Origin: Octopus sinensis | Lineage: Eukaryota | Length of the DNA: 64,000 nucleotides | Direction of reading: 5' to 3' | NCBI RefSeq assembly: GCF_006345805.1 | Contig: NC_043002.1 | Location: forward strand, 73,036,001-73,100,000 | In this document: piece after piece, positions 38,866 to 52,058 of the stretch | Position numbering within the stretch: position 1 is the first letter of the stretch | Layout: each line of letters opens with the position of its first letter | Translations under genes and position numbers: made by a program | The notes under the pieces: model-generated | Database searches by the model: none | What the model was told of the DNA's origin: nothing | Seen by the model: only the letters and a program-made list of their open reading frames with translations

Positions 38866-39143
38866 TGTCAGGCAATTAGAAACCACATGTGTGTTTGTCA
38901 GTCATTCCCTTTTTATCCTCGCCTGGTTTGGATGAGTAATTATTACTAAGGCATCGTTTTACAGTTTGATGCCCTTCTTGTTGCTAACCCTTGCCTGCAC
39001 TTTAATTAAGGGCTTATGTGTTTCATTCAACTCTGAAAGTTCAGAGTTAGGGGATTTTTTTTTTTTTTTGTTATGGATGGAATGTTAACAAATGCCACAA
39101 ATTTGAATTTCAGTGCTTTGATGTGAAGCACAGAATATAAACA

Positions 39144-39186
<43 letters not shown>

Positions 39187-39189
<3 letters not shown>

Positions 39190-39354
39190 CATAGGAATGG
39201 CGTGTGGTAAGTAGCTTGCTTACGAACTACATGGTTCCTGGTTCAGTCCCACTGCATGGCACTTTGGGAAAATGTCTTCAATTGTAGCTTCAGGTCAACC
39301 AAAGCCTTGTGAGTGGATTTGGTAGGCAGAAACTGAAAGAACCTATCGTATGTG

Positions 39355-39403
<49 letters not shown>

Positions 39404-39640
39404 TGTATGTGTGTGTGTGTATATGTTTGGGTGTCTGTGTTTGTCCCCACAACATCGCCTGACAACTGATGGTGGTGTCTTTACATCCCCGTAACTTAGT
39501 GGTTCAGCAAAAGAGACCAATAGAATAAGTACTAGGCTTATAAAGAATAAGTCCTGGGGTCAGTGTGCTCAACTAAAGGCAGTGCTTCAGCATGGTCATA
39601 GTCAAATGACTGAAACAAGTAAAAGAGTAAAGAGTAAAGA
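39187..39640 (+). mobile_element. SINE family A, full length
   Basis: All modules present; flanked by TA repeats. Confidence 0.85.
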
Positions 39641-39895
39641 TATATATATAAATACATACACACATGCATACATGCATATATATGTGCGCACACACACACA
39701 CACACACCCAATCACACCCACCCACACACGTATATATATCCTTGCAACTTAGTGGTTCATCAAGAGACAATACCCCAGCATGGTCACAGTCCTATGACAG
39801 AAACAAGTTAAGGATATGACTATATAAAGAGAGAGAGGAGAGGAGAGGAGAGAGATGTGTATATAGATGAACTTGTCTAAAAAATACATTTGCTG

Positions 39896-39932
<37 letters not shown>

Positions 39933-40377
39933 CGTGTGTGTGCATGTAGATATGTATGTGTTTGTATTTATATATGCATGAAACCTGTTTCAACTAATTA
40001 ATTTGTGTATATGCAAGCAAAGGAAATATGATACCAAAATGTCTGACTATAAGAATAAATAATTCAGTGACAACAATTAGATATTTAGAAATTTGTATTT
40101 TCTTTTTCTTTTTATTTTTAGTTATTTATTTTATTTATTTATTTATTTTTATTTATTTTTGTCAGTTAATAACTACTATATTTGTTCTGAAATCAACTGG
40201 AAGAATGGTCCTGAGAAAGTTTCGAAATGGATTTAATTAGTCATTCTTTTGTGGTTGCATTTAGCTTACATTTTCTTCTAATTTATTCGTTTTCTCTATT
40301 GACTAGAACTAACTCTGAAAGTGATCTGTGTGGTGAGTACAGTATTTGTGAGCATATAAAAATGTACTTCCTTTTCT

Positions 40378-40615
40378 TTTAAGGTGCCATGTCCAAAATG
40401 TAGGACACAGGCGATCATGTTCTGCCACAGTTCTTCCTTGTTCTTTGTTCTCTGTAACGGTTCCACTTTCTGATGTTTGATTCCTCCTTCTTTCTTCCAA
40501 CCAGTTCATCAAGCTTCACATCCATATCATCCTTCCCCTTCTGCTTCTTTTCCCTTCATTGCTAATTTCTGCAGGCTCTCTTTCCTCATCACATGACTGA
40601 GAAATCTCAGTTCTA
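40378..40615 (-). mobile_element. RTE (BovB-like) LINE 3' end
   Basis: LRFLSHVMRKESLQKLAMKGK...LWQNMIACVLHFGHGT. Confidence 0.7.
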
Positions 40616-40974
40616 TATTTAAGAGATGAGGAATTATTCACATTATTTATATTATTTACATTTGCCACTGGTCCTTCATAAACAACCTTGCCTGGACTTG
40701 TACCTCGGAGGGTAACTTTCTCAGTGCAATCCCATGGTCATTCATGACTGAAGGGGGTCTTTACCCTTTTTACCCTATATAAAGCTAGGTCTTGATCTTG
40801 TTATTGTTGTTTACCCACAGAGAAACTCTGGTTGGAAAGACCATTTACGCCTGTACTTCTCATCCAGGGTCCATATGACTCTCGGGGTCTATTTAAGATT
40901 TTGCTTTTGGTATTTATGTGCAGTAAATTGGTTATACTTCTATGATACACAAAATATTTAAATCTTTTTTTATA

Positions 40975-41187
40975 CATCATCCTCATCATCCTCATCGTTT
41001 AATGTCCGTTTCCCATGCTAGCATAGGTTGGACAGTTCAACCGGGGCCTGGGAAGCCAGGACACTGCGCCAGGCTCCAGTCTGATTTGACAGTGTTTCTA
41101 CAGCTGGATGCCCTTCCTAACGCCAACCACTCCATGAGTGTAGTGAGTGCTTTTTACGTGCCACCGGCACATGGGCCGGAAGAGGCT
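40975..41187 (-). mobile_element. SINE family E 3' part
   Basis: E tail motifs. Confidence 0.8.
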
Positions 41188-41232
41188 GTCTTAATAATCT
41201 TTGATTATAAAAATATAGTTAAAATTTTTTTG

Positions 41233-41622
41233 TAGGCATGGCTGTGTGGTAAGAAGCTTGCTTCTCAACCACATGGTTCTGGGTTCAGTCCCATTGCGTA
41301 GCACCTTGAGCAAGTGTCTTCTAATTATAACCTCAGGCCAACCAAAGCCTGTGAGTAAGTTTGGTAGACAGAAACTGAAAGAAGCCTGTCGTATATGTAT
41401 ATATGTATATATCTGTGTTTGTGTGTCTTTGTGTTACTACTTAACAACCAGTGTTGGTGTGTTTGCATTCCCATAACTTAGTGGTTTGGCAAAAGAGACC
41501 GATAAAATAAGTACTGGGCTTAAAAAATAAGTACTGGTATTGATTCATTCAACTAAAAATTCAAGGCAGTGCCCCAGCATGGCCACAGTCTAATTACTGA
41601 AATGTGTAAAAGATAAAAGATA
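41233..41622 (+). mobile_element. SINE family A
   Basis: All modules present. Confidence 0.85.
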
Positions 41623-41682
41623 ATACACATATGTATTTCTACATTCACACCCATCACTGAAATCAGTGGAAAAGTAAAAGAG

Positions 41683-41960
41683 ATGGCACATAAAAAGCAG
41701 TATCTGAATGTGATCGATGCCAGGGCTACCTGACTGGCCCCTGTGCCGGTGGCACCTAAAAAGCACCCGCTACAGTCTCAGAGTGGTTGGCGTTAGGAAG
41801 GCATCCAGCTGTAGAAACATTGCCAGATCAGATTGGAGCCTGGTGCAGCCACTGGCTTTCCAGACCTCAGTCGAACCGTCCAACCCATGCCAACATGGAA
41901 AACGGACATTAAATGATAATTGATGACGACAACGGTGGCGACAACGGTGGCGACGACGAT
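41683..41960 (+). mobile_element. SINE family E 3' part
   Basis: About 1.5 minisatellite units plus E tail. Confidence 0.8.
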
Positions 41961-42111
41961 GACTATTCCATTATTTCTGCTTTGGAAAGGTTGTAAAATA
42001 CCTTACTTTTGAAATGGCCCAAATACCTGCAGGTTCTGAACCTGTAGTAGTAGTAGTCAGTGGCAGTGGGTGACAGCAACAACCCCAATTTGTATTTAAG
42101 CATTGTGTGTC

Positions 42112-42207
<96 letters not shown>

Positions 42208-42884
42208 GTATATGTATGTATATATATGTATATGTATAGATATATATATATATATTACGATAGAGCAGACTTATGATCAGGAGCATTCCTGCTGTGATAT
42301 CCTTTCTCCCAAAACAGTCGAATGTAAATTAATAAAGATGTAGATGCTTTTTCTAGTAGGTCATACGACCACATAGAGGTTCCCTTTCTTCATTGGTCTG
42401 GCAAAGCCAATAATTCCGAATCTTGGAGGTCATAAACTGTTTACTACTTCAAAAGAGTTTTAAAAAAGCATTTGAATGTCTGGAGGAGAGACAGCGAATA
42501 CTCTTCCTCTTGTTTTGTTTACTAACAACAAGTACCAGAGATGAGCTGAGCCTTTTAATCTCCAATATTCATTGATAAGTCTTACAGATTCTGTCTGACG
42601 TCATATGCAACATGTGGTGACAGCAAAAACAAGTTCATTCATTGCCATGCAATATAAATAAATAAATAAGTATATAAATAAATGGGGTTATTTTTTTTAA
42701 TACGTAGCTTGCACTTGTCTGTTTGAATGGAAGTAATTTCATGCTGCAGTAAACACAAATCATTACTTTTTCCTGCAGCGTTTCAAATCTTATGTATTTC
42801 TCACTAATAACATACCTTGACAACATTTTTCAAATGTTCCTACACACATACCTGCACACACATAAATGTGCAGGCACATACAGG

Positions 42885-43173
42885 TGCACACACACACACA
42901 GACACACACACATTTTATGTATACATTTATGCATATATATGTATGTATGTCTGTGTATGTGTATCTATATATATGAATATATATATATATATTGTATATC
43001 TATATATGTAAATATATATATATATATGTGTGTATATATATATATGCGTATGTATGTATGTATATATATATATATATATTATATATATATACATACATAT
43101 ATGTGTATATATATATATACATATATGTGTATATATATATATATACATATATGTGTGTATATATACATATGTA

Positions 43174-43207
<34 letters not shown>

Positions 43208-43324
43208 TATGTATATGTATATATGTGTGTGTGTATATGTTTGTATATATGTGTATATATTTATTTGTATGTATATATGCATATATATGTATATATGTGC
43301 TTTTATATATGCATTTATGTATTC

Positions 43325-43359
<35 letters not shown>

Positions 43360-43380
43360 AATATAATATATATATATATT
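42885..43380. repeat. About 500-bp compound (TA)/(TG)/(CA) microsatellite
   Basis: Seen directly; similar tracts at 25200-25650, 30185-30470, 43745-44150, 56220-56560 and 62500-62790. Confidence 0.95.
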
Positions 43381-43797
43381 AAAGTACAGAAATGCATGTT
43401 TGTTTCATTTATTTGTTTGTTGTTGTTAACTTTTCAGAATCAGTCGCTTACTATACTGACACAGGATTGAGGCATTGGTGGTGGTGGTGGTTGGGTGGGG
43501 TTTTTTTTTTAGTTGTTTCTCTTAAATTCATTTTTATTTTTGCTGTCTTTCTTTTAATATCAATCTTTTCCCCCATTACTATAAAACCAAAGATGTGCTG
43601 TTTCCATAGATTGTCAATGTAGTCAAAGATGATTTGCAGAGATCTTCCACAGATAACAGCTTGTTTATTTATCTTGGGGTCAGGGTCAAAGAATCTTCAG
43701 GTTATATCCTACGATGTGTGTGTCTGTGTAAGATGCATGCGTTTGTGTGTGTGTGTGTGAGAGAGAGAGAGAAAGCAAGAGATGTATGTGTGTGTAG

Positions 43798-43835
<38 letters not shown>

Positions 43836-43852
43836 GTATGTATATATATATA

Positions 43853-43901
<49 letters not shown>

Positions 43902-44093
43902 AAGAGATGTATGTGTGTGTAGTTATATATATATATATATATATATACACGTATGTATATATATATATATATGTGTGTGTATAGGTAGGTGTAAATATGC
44001 ATGTACAAATACATGTATATATCTGTGTATATCCATGTGTGTGTGTGTTTGTATGCGTGTGTTTATATATGTATATATATATCATATGTATAA

Positions 44094-44125
<32 letters not shown>

Positions 44126-44936
44126 ATCATATATGCTCACACACACACTATAATCAGATAAATTATTCTATAAAGATAGAAATGGTTGATTTCTAACATT
44201 TGCAACATCCTAAATTTGTTATCTTTCTATACTTGACTAGTTTTCTTCTTCTAATTGGGATGTCATTACAGATTAGTTAGTCTGGAGCTGAGCCTTACAC
44301 CCAACTTCTTCTCCGACTTCTTCCTCATTATCAGTATTAGTCTTATCAGACTATGCTTCTCCATTACCTATGGACAGCTCCTCCTCTTCCTCTTGGACCG
44401 ACACTACAGATTAGTTAATATGGTACCTAGTCTTGTTCTTCATCATCCTCCTCCTCCTTCACCCCACTTCAACCCCCCACCCCATCAGTATTATCAATGT
44501 TATTACTTGATCGCTGTTGGCCCCTACTTCTCCTGCCGCAGCCTTCTTCTTGTCTCCTTTCGCAGTCTCCAGTATTGTCTTACATACCATATTCTGTCTT
44601 TGTGTTGTTTCTTCCTTTACTGGCTTCGGTAGTTGAACTGTGACAATTCTAAGTCAACACCTTGAAGAGTTTTTAATTTAAAAAAAAAAGTTTTTATTGA
44701 TAATATCATCTTCAGTCCTTTATTTGGTACTTGTTTCATTGTTCTCGTAATTTACAAAAAGAGGTGAGCATTGGTTTGAGAGTAGCTAACTCAGTTTGAT
44801 AGTTCTGTTGGTCGTGCATCACATACCATAGGGTATTCCTGTTTGACTGCACCATATTCATCTTACTCTGATGTAAGCATACGCACACACACACGCACAC
44901 ACACACACATGTGGCATTCTTGGGTATATGTCTTGT

Positions 44937-45167
44937 TATTTCTTTATTGCCCACAAGGGGCTAAACACAGAGGGGACAAACAAGGGCAGACAAACAGGTT
45001 AAGTCGATTATATCGATCCCAGTGCGTAACTGGTACTTATCTAATCAACCCCGAAAGGATGAAAGGCAAAGTCAACCTCGGCGGAATTTGAACTCAGAAC
45101 GTAGCGGCAGACAAAATACCGCAAAGCATTTTTACCGGCACGCTAACGTTTCTGCCAGCTCGCCGCT
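44937..45167 (-). mobile_element. SINE family B, full length, young
   Basis: 13-bp TSD GTATATGTCTTGT (44924-44936 / 45168-45180); A/B boxes; CpGs retained. Confidence 0.9.
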
Positions 45168-45247
45168 GTATATGTCTTGTATTACAGCTCCAGACTGATC
45201 TAAGTCCTGTGAATGAATTAGGTAGATGGAAACCGTAAAAAGCCTGG

Positions 45248-45282
<35 letters not shown>

Positions 45283-45604
45283 CTGTATATTTATGAATGT
45301 TTACATTCTGCTATGCTTCACATAAAAAAAGCTCTGAGTTACAAGTGATGATGCTCATTAACATTTCCTCATAACAAATCCTCTGCCAGTTCTGTGCTTT
45401 CAAAGATGAGCAGAATGAAAGTCTCTCCCTTGAAAAGCAGGTAAGGAGTGGCAACAGAAAGGGCATCTGTCTGTAAACCAAATCCTTCAATAATATGTAT
45501 TTGTATTAGCCCTTCTAGCATAGAAGAATGAACATGAAATGAATGGACAAAGGAATATAAATATATTCTATATTTATCAACATCATCATCAACATCTTTA
45601 ACAT

Positions 45605-45771
45605 AGGCACAGGCATGGCTGTGTGGTAAGAAGCTTGCTATCCAACCACATGGTTCCAGGTTCAGTCCCACTGCATGACACCTTGGGTAGGTGTCTTCTA
45701 CTATAGCCTCAGGCTGACCAAAGCCTTGTGAGTGGATTTGGTAGATGATAACTGAAAGAAGCCCATCATAT

Positions 45772-45827
<56 letters not shown>

Positions 45828-45833
45828 TATATA

Positions 45834-45867
<34 letters not shown>

Positions 45868-45990
45868 TTTCATCCTTTTGAGGTTGATTAAAGTACCAGT
45901 GAAACACTGGTGGGTCAATGTAATCAACTAGTCCCCTCCCCCTAATTTCAGGCCTTGTGCCTATAGTAGAAAGGATTATTATTATCATTT
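45605..45990 (+). mobile_element. Chimeric SINE: family A head, (TA)n, family B core and tail
   Basis: A head to 45770; GCCTTTCATCC B core starts immediately after the TA tract. Confidence 0.75.
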
Positions 45991-46011
45991 ATTATTATTA
46001 TTATTATTATT

Positions 46012-46582
46012 GAGTGAGAGAGCAGTGCATGCCATCAAAGTGACACTGGGGTAAAATATACGAAGCCCAGTATACCTGTCATGACTACCCGTCTAACAAG
46101 GGTACACCAGGCACATGCATCACAACCATATGTACGCGACTTGGTGATTTCATATCAAGATAAACAGCACATGACCTTGCAGGTGGGGCCCAGTTAGAAT
46201 TTTCTTCTGGTCGAGTTGCCCATTTCACTCAAAAGGTCCCTGAATAAAGGTTGTTTAATGATGTTGAACGAAACACCCATGTTTCCAGAGGTGAATTATT
46301 CAAACCCCAAAGAATCCCTCTCAACACATGGCTATGATGTTCCCTCCACTTCTTCTGCTTGTGATCAGAGATGCACATATCGTCAACCACCAAGGGACAT
46401 GCTCAACTGGTTATGGTCAAGCAACTGACAAACAAATCTGTGGTATTGAGCAGAATATTTGTTGCTGCCCATCTTTTATACCAAGAAAAAACAATGTTCA
46501 TGATAACACTTCCAATCAGTTAAGATCAGAAGCAATGAGAGCTACTGCCTGGTACTGCATCAGGGCATTTATTATTATTATT
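46012..46582. mobile_element. Unclassified interspersed element bounded by (ATT)n
   Basis: GC-richer 570-bp block with sharp ATT-repeat edges and no recognisable protein motif. Confidence 0.4.
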
Positions 46583-47919
46583 TCGTTTTGTTTTGTCATT
46601 ATGTTCTACCTCTTGCTAATGCTGACCATCATTATTCTGCTTGTAATTTTGGTGATTGTCTATATTCACATCATAAGGTACTGGAGGAATGGCAACCTCA
46701 CTGGTGAAGCTGAATAAATGTGTGTGTGTGTGTGTAATCAGTAGATTAAGTTCTTGGTGTAGTAGTAGTAGTAGTAGTAGCAGTAGCAGCAGCAGCAGCA
46801 CCGCCACCGTTGCCACTACCACCACCACCAGTAGTAGTAGTAGTAGTAGTAGTACATTTTCATTTTTAAATTTTCTTACTTTTATATACATGCAAAATTA
46901 AATTAATATTTTGGAACGAAAGTTGTCTGTAAACTTTTCTTAATTTATATTTGCTTGGATAAAGAACATTCTCCAGCGAACCCCCAGATGCCAGATTTTT
47001 TTTTCCTTTTTTTATTTTATTGCTTTTCTTTTTATTGTTTGTAACTTCCTGAATGTTCTATCTTTTACATCTTAGCATAGTTGTTTCCTGTGAGGAAATA
47101 TTGCTGTATTATCTCTCTGGCTGTGGATATAATTTCTGTTACTTTCCACTGACTAAAAAGAATAACATTCTTTGTTTGGGAATCAGAGAACAAACTCTTA
47201 CAAGCCCATGTGGGAATCTCTTACCACAACCACTCAACTTGCTAGAAATAGCAGCCAAATCTTTCTCAAATTACACTCTACGGTTATGAAAAGGAATAAG
47301 TACTTTGGGTAATGCAGCCCTTGATATAAAAAACACAAGGGAAGGAAGGGTAGTCATGATAGAGATGCATTTGATCATATGTCAGTTTTATTGGAGTTCC
47401 AGCTCACTACCTCATAATTTGGTAATATCAACAGTTACCAAAAATCTTCCATCTAATGTTATTCTTTGCCTACTGAAATGGGGTATAGTGAATTTTGTAA
47501 TAGGAATAAACTTGAATATCTTTTTACAAAATAAATAAGATTTGTATGAATGACTGTATACTGCAGTTGGCATTTAAAGGGCTGCTATCATATATATGTA
47601 TATATGACTTCCCCAAAATTTACAAAATGGAACCAAACTTTAGCCCCTGAGATTTTCAAAAGGTATCTGGTGTGGATTTTTGTCTTGCATCCCAAATCAG
47701 CTGTTTACAAAAGTCTACAAGCAAAGCAGATCAACCTTCAGCTGTTCTTGGATCCACCAATTATAGAGATGTCAAACACACTGAAAAACCTAACAAAAAC
47801 CTTGCCCTACCACCACCATCACCCCAAGTATTCACAGAGATGACATTGAATAGACAAAGGACAAGGCAGCGCTCCAGCATGGCCTTAGCTTTGGTAGTTA
47901 AAATAGAGTAAGGAGTTTG

Positions 47920-48311
47920 GTACTGGCATGGCTGTGTGGTTAAGCAGCTCATCTTGCAGCCATGTTGTTTTGGGTTCAATCCTACTGTACGGAACTTTGG
48001 CCAAGTGTCTTCTACAGTAGCCCTGGGCACCACTGATACCTTGTGAATGAACTTTGTTGATGGAGACTGTGTAGAAGCCTGTCATGAATTGTGTGTGCGT
48101 GAGAGAGAGAGAGAGAGAGAGTATATTTGTGTCTGTGTTTGCCCTCCACCATCACTTAACAATTGATGTTGGGTTTTCTTTTTAACCCGTCTCAGTTTGG
48201 CAGACTTTAAAGAAAGATTACTGGAGTTGATTGGTTTCACTAAACCCACCTCAAGGTGGTGTCCTCCAACATGACCACAGTCCAGTGACTGAAACAAATA
48301 AAAGATAAAAG
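47920..48311 (+). mobile_element. SINE family A (diverged)
   Basis: All modules present; internal (GA)n. Confidence 0.75.
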
Positions 48312-49027
48312 CTAGAACTAAAGAACTGTGTTTTTAATCATCATCATCATCATCAACATCATCATTTTGTGTCCACTTTCCGTACTGGCATGGGTTGGAT
48401 AAGTCATCAAAGTCTGAGTCAGTTTCCATTCAGAGTTAATGCCCTCTTAGGCAGTGAACTGACAGAATCATTAGCACCAGACAAAATGCTTAGCAGGATT
48501 TAATCTGTCCAAATGTTCTGAGTTCAAATTCTGCTGAGGCCAGCTTTGTCTTTCATTGTTTTGGATTTGATAAAATAATTGACATGGTGATAGCATAAAA
48601 ACTGGAACCTAAACAACAACACTAACAACTAGATACCCTAAACTGCACCCCTTTGCCAAACCATGTCGAGCCTGTGTGGCAGTGTAGGCTCATCAAACTA
48701 GTGTGATCTAAAGCTCAAATTCACAGCTGCCACATCAGACCATGTTTGATGGTGGAGAGAACATACTGAGGCCTTCATCCTGCAGTGGACTGAACATGGG
48801 CAATCTAGTCCAGTCCCTCCTGGATCAGTCACAGGACCATGTCTTGCTTGTATATTTCTTTTTTGGGGGAGGGAGCTTGGTTTCTATGGTAGGATGCAGA
48901 ATGTACTGGATGCATTTTATCATGTCACCAATGCTAGGGTGATTGTTGTCATGTCCTTGCCTGAGCAATGACATAAGCTTTGCTTGACCATATTTGATTA
49001 CAATTACAAATCAGTAGCAGAAATGAT

Positions 49028-49338
49028 TGTTGTTGTTGTTTGTTCCTTCTCAAGCCACACCTGGCTCGTAGGACTGGTTTCTCGGTTTACTTGGTGTATA
49101 GGTTCCCCACCTGGATGGGACGCCGGTCCGTCGCAGGTGAGCTGCAAGATGCAGGAGGAAAGAGTGAGGGAAAGTTGTGGCAAAAGAGTCAGCAGAAGTT
49201 CGCCATTACTTTCTGCCGGAGCCACGTGGAGCTTAGGTGTTTCGCTTATAAACACACACAGCGCCCGGTCTGAGATTCAAACCCGCGATCCCTCTACTGC
49301 AAGTCCGCTGCTCTAGCCACTAGGCCATGTGCCTCCAC
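49028..49338 (-). mobile_element. Young tRNA-derived SINE, family C variant with (CAA)n tail
   Basis: 12-bp TSD AGCAGAAATGAT (49016-49027 / 49339-49350); A box TGGCCTAGTGG, B box GGGTTTGAATCT. Confidence 0.9.
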
Positions 49339-49461
49339 AGCAGAAATGATGCTGAGCAGAAATTATGTAGAAGTAGTATATTTGTAGCAAACTTTCAATA
49401 TATGTCATTGTTTATACAAACAATAACATAAATACTATATCAACATTAAACTATGCATAAT

Positions 49462-49802
49462 GAGGAGGAGACTCCCTTTGGTCATGAATGACCGTGGGAC
49501 TGCACCTAGAAAGTTACCCTCTGAGGCACAAGTCAGGGCAAGATTGTTTGTGGAAGACTAGCAGTTGCCCATGCATACCAGCCTTCCCTCTCACACCACT
49601 GATGTTGTCCAAGGGAAAGCAAACAGCAGATACAGCTTGGCACCAGTGACATCGCAATTCATTTCTACAGCTGAGTTAACTGGAGCATCGTGAAATAAAG
49701 TGTCTTGCTCAAGAACACAACACACAGCTTGGTCCTGGAATCGAACTCACAACTTCACAATCGTAAGCTCTACGCTCTAACCACTGAGCCATGCGCCTTC
49801 AC
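49462..49802 (-). mobile_element. SINE family D, full length
   Basis: 12-bp TSD ACTATGCATAAT (49450-49461 / 49803-49814); A box TGGCTCAGTGG, B box GAGTTCGATTCC. Confidence 0.9.
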
Positions 49803-49839
49803 ACTATGCATAATAACAGCTATATATTACACTATGAGA

Positions 49840-50050
49840 AGCACAGGTTCCCATGTTTCTCTGGTGTATATATATTCCTCTTTGGATGGCCCATCACAGG
49901 GTTACTCATTTTTGATTGCTAAGTAGATTGGAGCAACAGGAAATAAAGTGTTTTGCTGAAGAGCACAATGCATTGCCCGGTCGAGGAATTGAAACCACAA
50001 TCTTACAATCGTGAGTCCAACGCCCTAACTACTAAACCATATGCCTCCAC
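49840..50050 (-). mobile_element. SINE family C
   Basis: Head GTGGAGGCATATGGTTTAGTAG and CORE-like segment. Confidence 0.75.
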
Positions 50051-50719
50051 ATATATATTAAGATAGGGTCTATACATAATATTAACGATGTCATCTGCAA
50101 GCCAAGAGCAAGGGCATCTGTGTACTTGCCTGATCTGCTGGAAATAACAGTTAAATCTTCCCCTAAATCACACCCTCCCACCACAAAAAATGGGTGGGAG
50201 ATGTGTGTGTGTGTAATGACTTAGACAAAAATAGGTTGAACAAAATTTAAATAGCTTTATCTATAGTGTACTCAATCCAGGTTGACCTGGGGCTAAACAC
50301 CACCACCTCCACCACCAACAAACGACATTATCTGTGTATAAGTATATGCATTTTTCATTATTTTTGCAATACTGTGTAGCAGTTTATTGTACTAAGTTGT
50401 TACTGAGTGATTCTTCCATACAGTTTATTGATTTCTTTTGATGAGACGTTGCCAAATTTTTGTTGGGTGAGGTGGGGGTGAGAGATAAAGCAGACTGAAT
50501 TAATGTATGTATTTCATAGGTGCTTACATGTTTTATTGACAGAAGCAATGGATTGGACAAAAGGCATTGTGGTCTTTTGTTACAGACCTTTATGTGCCGA
50601 GTTCAAATCCTTGCTTTCTGTCCAGAATCGATAAAAAAAGATAAAGTACCTCTCAAATACTAAACCAATCTAAATTTCCTATAACGCAACTTGATAGAGG
50701 GTAACTGTGAAAGTCTATT

Positions 50720-50975
50720 GTGTATATGGTGTGTGTGTGTGTGTGTCTGTGTGTGTGTGTGTGTGTGTGTTTTGTTTTCCTTTCCTTCACTGCATGACAT
50801 CTGATGTTGGTTTGTTTACATCCTCGTGACTTAGTAGTTTGGCAAAAGTGACCAATAGAATAAGTACCAGGCTTAAAAAGTAAGTACTGAAGTCAGTATA
50901 TTTGGATTAAACCTGTCAATGCAGTGCCCCAGCATGGCCACAGTCCAATGACTGAAACTAGTAAAGGATAAAAAA
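50720..50975 (+). mobile_element. SINE family A, 3' half
   Basis: (TG)n plus A tail, preceded by a degraded B-like segment. Confidence 0.7.
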
Positions 50976-51129
50976 CCCAGTTTGATATTCTTAAAATTCA
51001 AGCCTAGATGTGAATGGAATTATAAGAGAAATTTTCAGAACGATGAAAAACAGAGTTAATCTCAGAAAAAGCTTCAATGGCAGAATGGTAATGTAGACTT
51101 TGTTACTGTGGAGTATCCTGTCCATGGTG

Positions 51130-51385
51130 TGGAGGCACATGGTTTAGTGGTTAGGATGTTGGACACATGATCAGAAGATTTGTGGTTTCAATTCTTGGAC
51201 TAGGCAATGTATTGTGTTCTTGAACAAAATACTTCATTTCATGTTGCCCCAGTCCACTCAGCTGGTAACAATGAGTAATCCTGCGATGGACTGGTGTCCC
51301 ATCCCGGGTGGAATATATTCGCCAGAGAAATTGGGAAACTGGTCCTATGCTCCTTACAGAGTAATGCAGGCAAACCAAGTTTCAA
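51130..51385 (+). mobile_element. SINE family C
   Basis: tRNA-like head, CORE-like segment, CCTGCGATGGACTGG. Confidence 0.8.
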
Positions 51386-51894
51386 TAAAATGCAGTCAGT
51401 ACTTTACAACGAATAAGGGGATATATGTACTGACTGATGTTGTAGGGGGCGCATCTCCTTTCAAATGTTGAATTAGTTGTTTCTGTACCACATAAACCAT
51501 TTATGCAAATTGCAAATTGACCCAATCCCATTTCTTTTGTCCCCCTTCACTTCTACTCACCTCAAAGCTTGGCGGTCCACATAATGCGCAAATGAAGACA
51601 TACAATAGAAATACAAAATGGCTGACGGTTAGTAAGGAGAGACACAAATAAGAAAGAAGAAAACAAAGGACCACTGATGCGGTCACAGGAGTGTGACGAA
51701 AGAACTCTGGCCGAAATAAGATTAAGATTAATGTAAAAAATAAATAACACTGAAGCAAAATAACACCAAATATATAGTGCGTGTGTTTTTATTGGCTAAA
51801 CTGGCAAAATGACCATTCCGAAATATAACAATATCTGTTTCAACACACGACTTCACATAAAAAATCTTGCACAACAAATATTTAAACATACTAT

Positions 51895-52058
51895 ATATAT
51901 GATGGGCTTCTTTCAGTTTCTGTCTACCAAATCCACTCACAAGGCTTTGGTCAGCCTGAGGCTATAGTAGAAGACACTTGCCCAAGGTGCCATGCAGTGG
52001 GACTGAACCCGGAACCATGTGGTTCGTAAACAAGCTACTTACCACGCAGCCACTCCTA
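51895..52058 (-). mobile_element. SINE family A, 5' half
   Basis: Head up to the microsatellite only. Confidence 0.8.

Noticed and set aside
42792-43470. Long YI/CV/HT-rich ORFs here and at 25211, 30149, 55802, 62382 and elsewhere
   Set aside because: Stop-free translations of dinucleotide microsatellites
49725-49802. tRNA gene (also other SINE heads)
   Set aside because: A/B boxes are present but the sequence continues into a SINE body with TSDs; no closed acceptor stem
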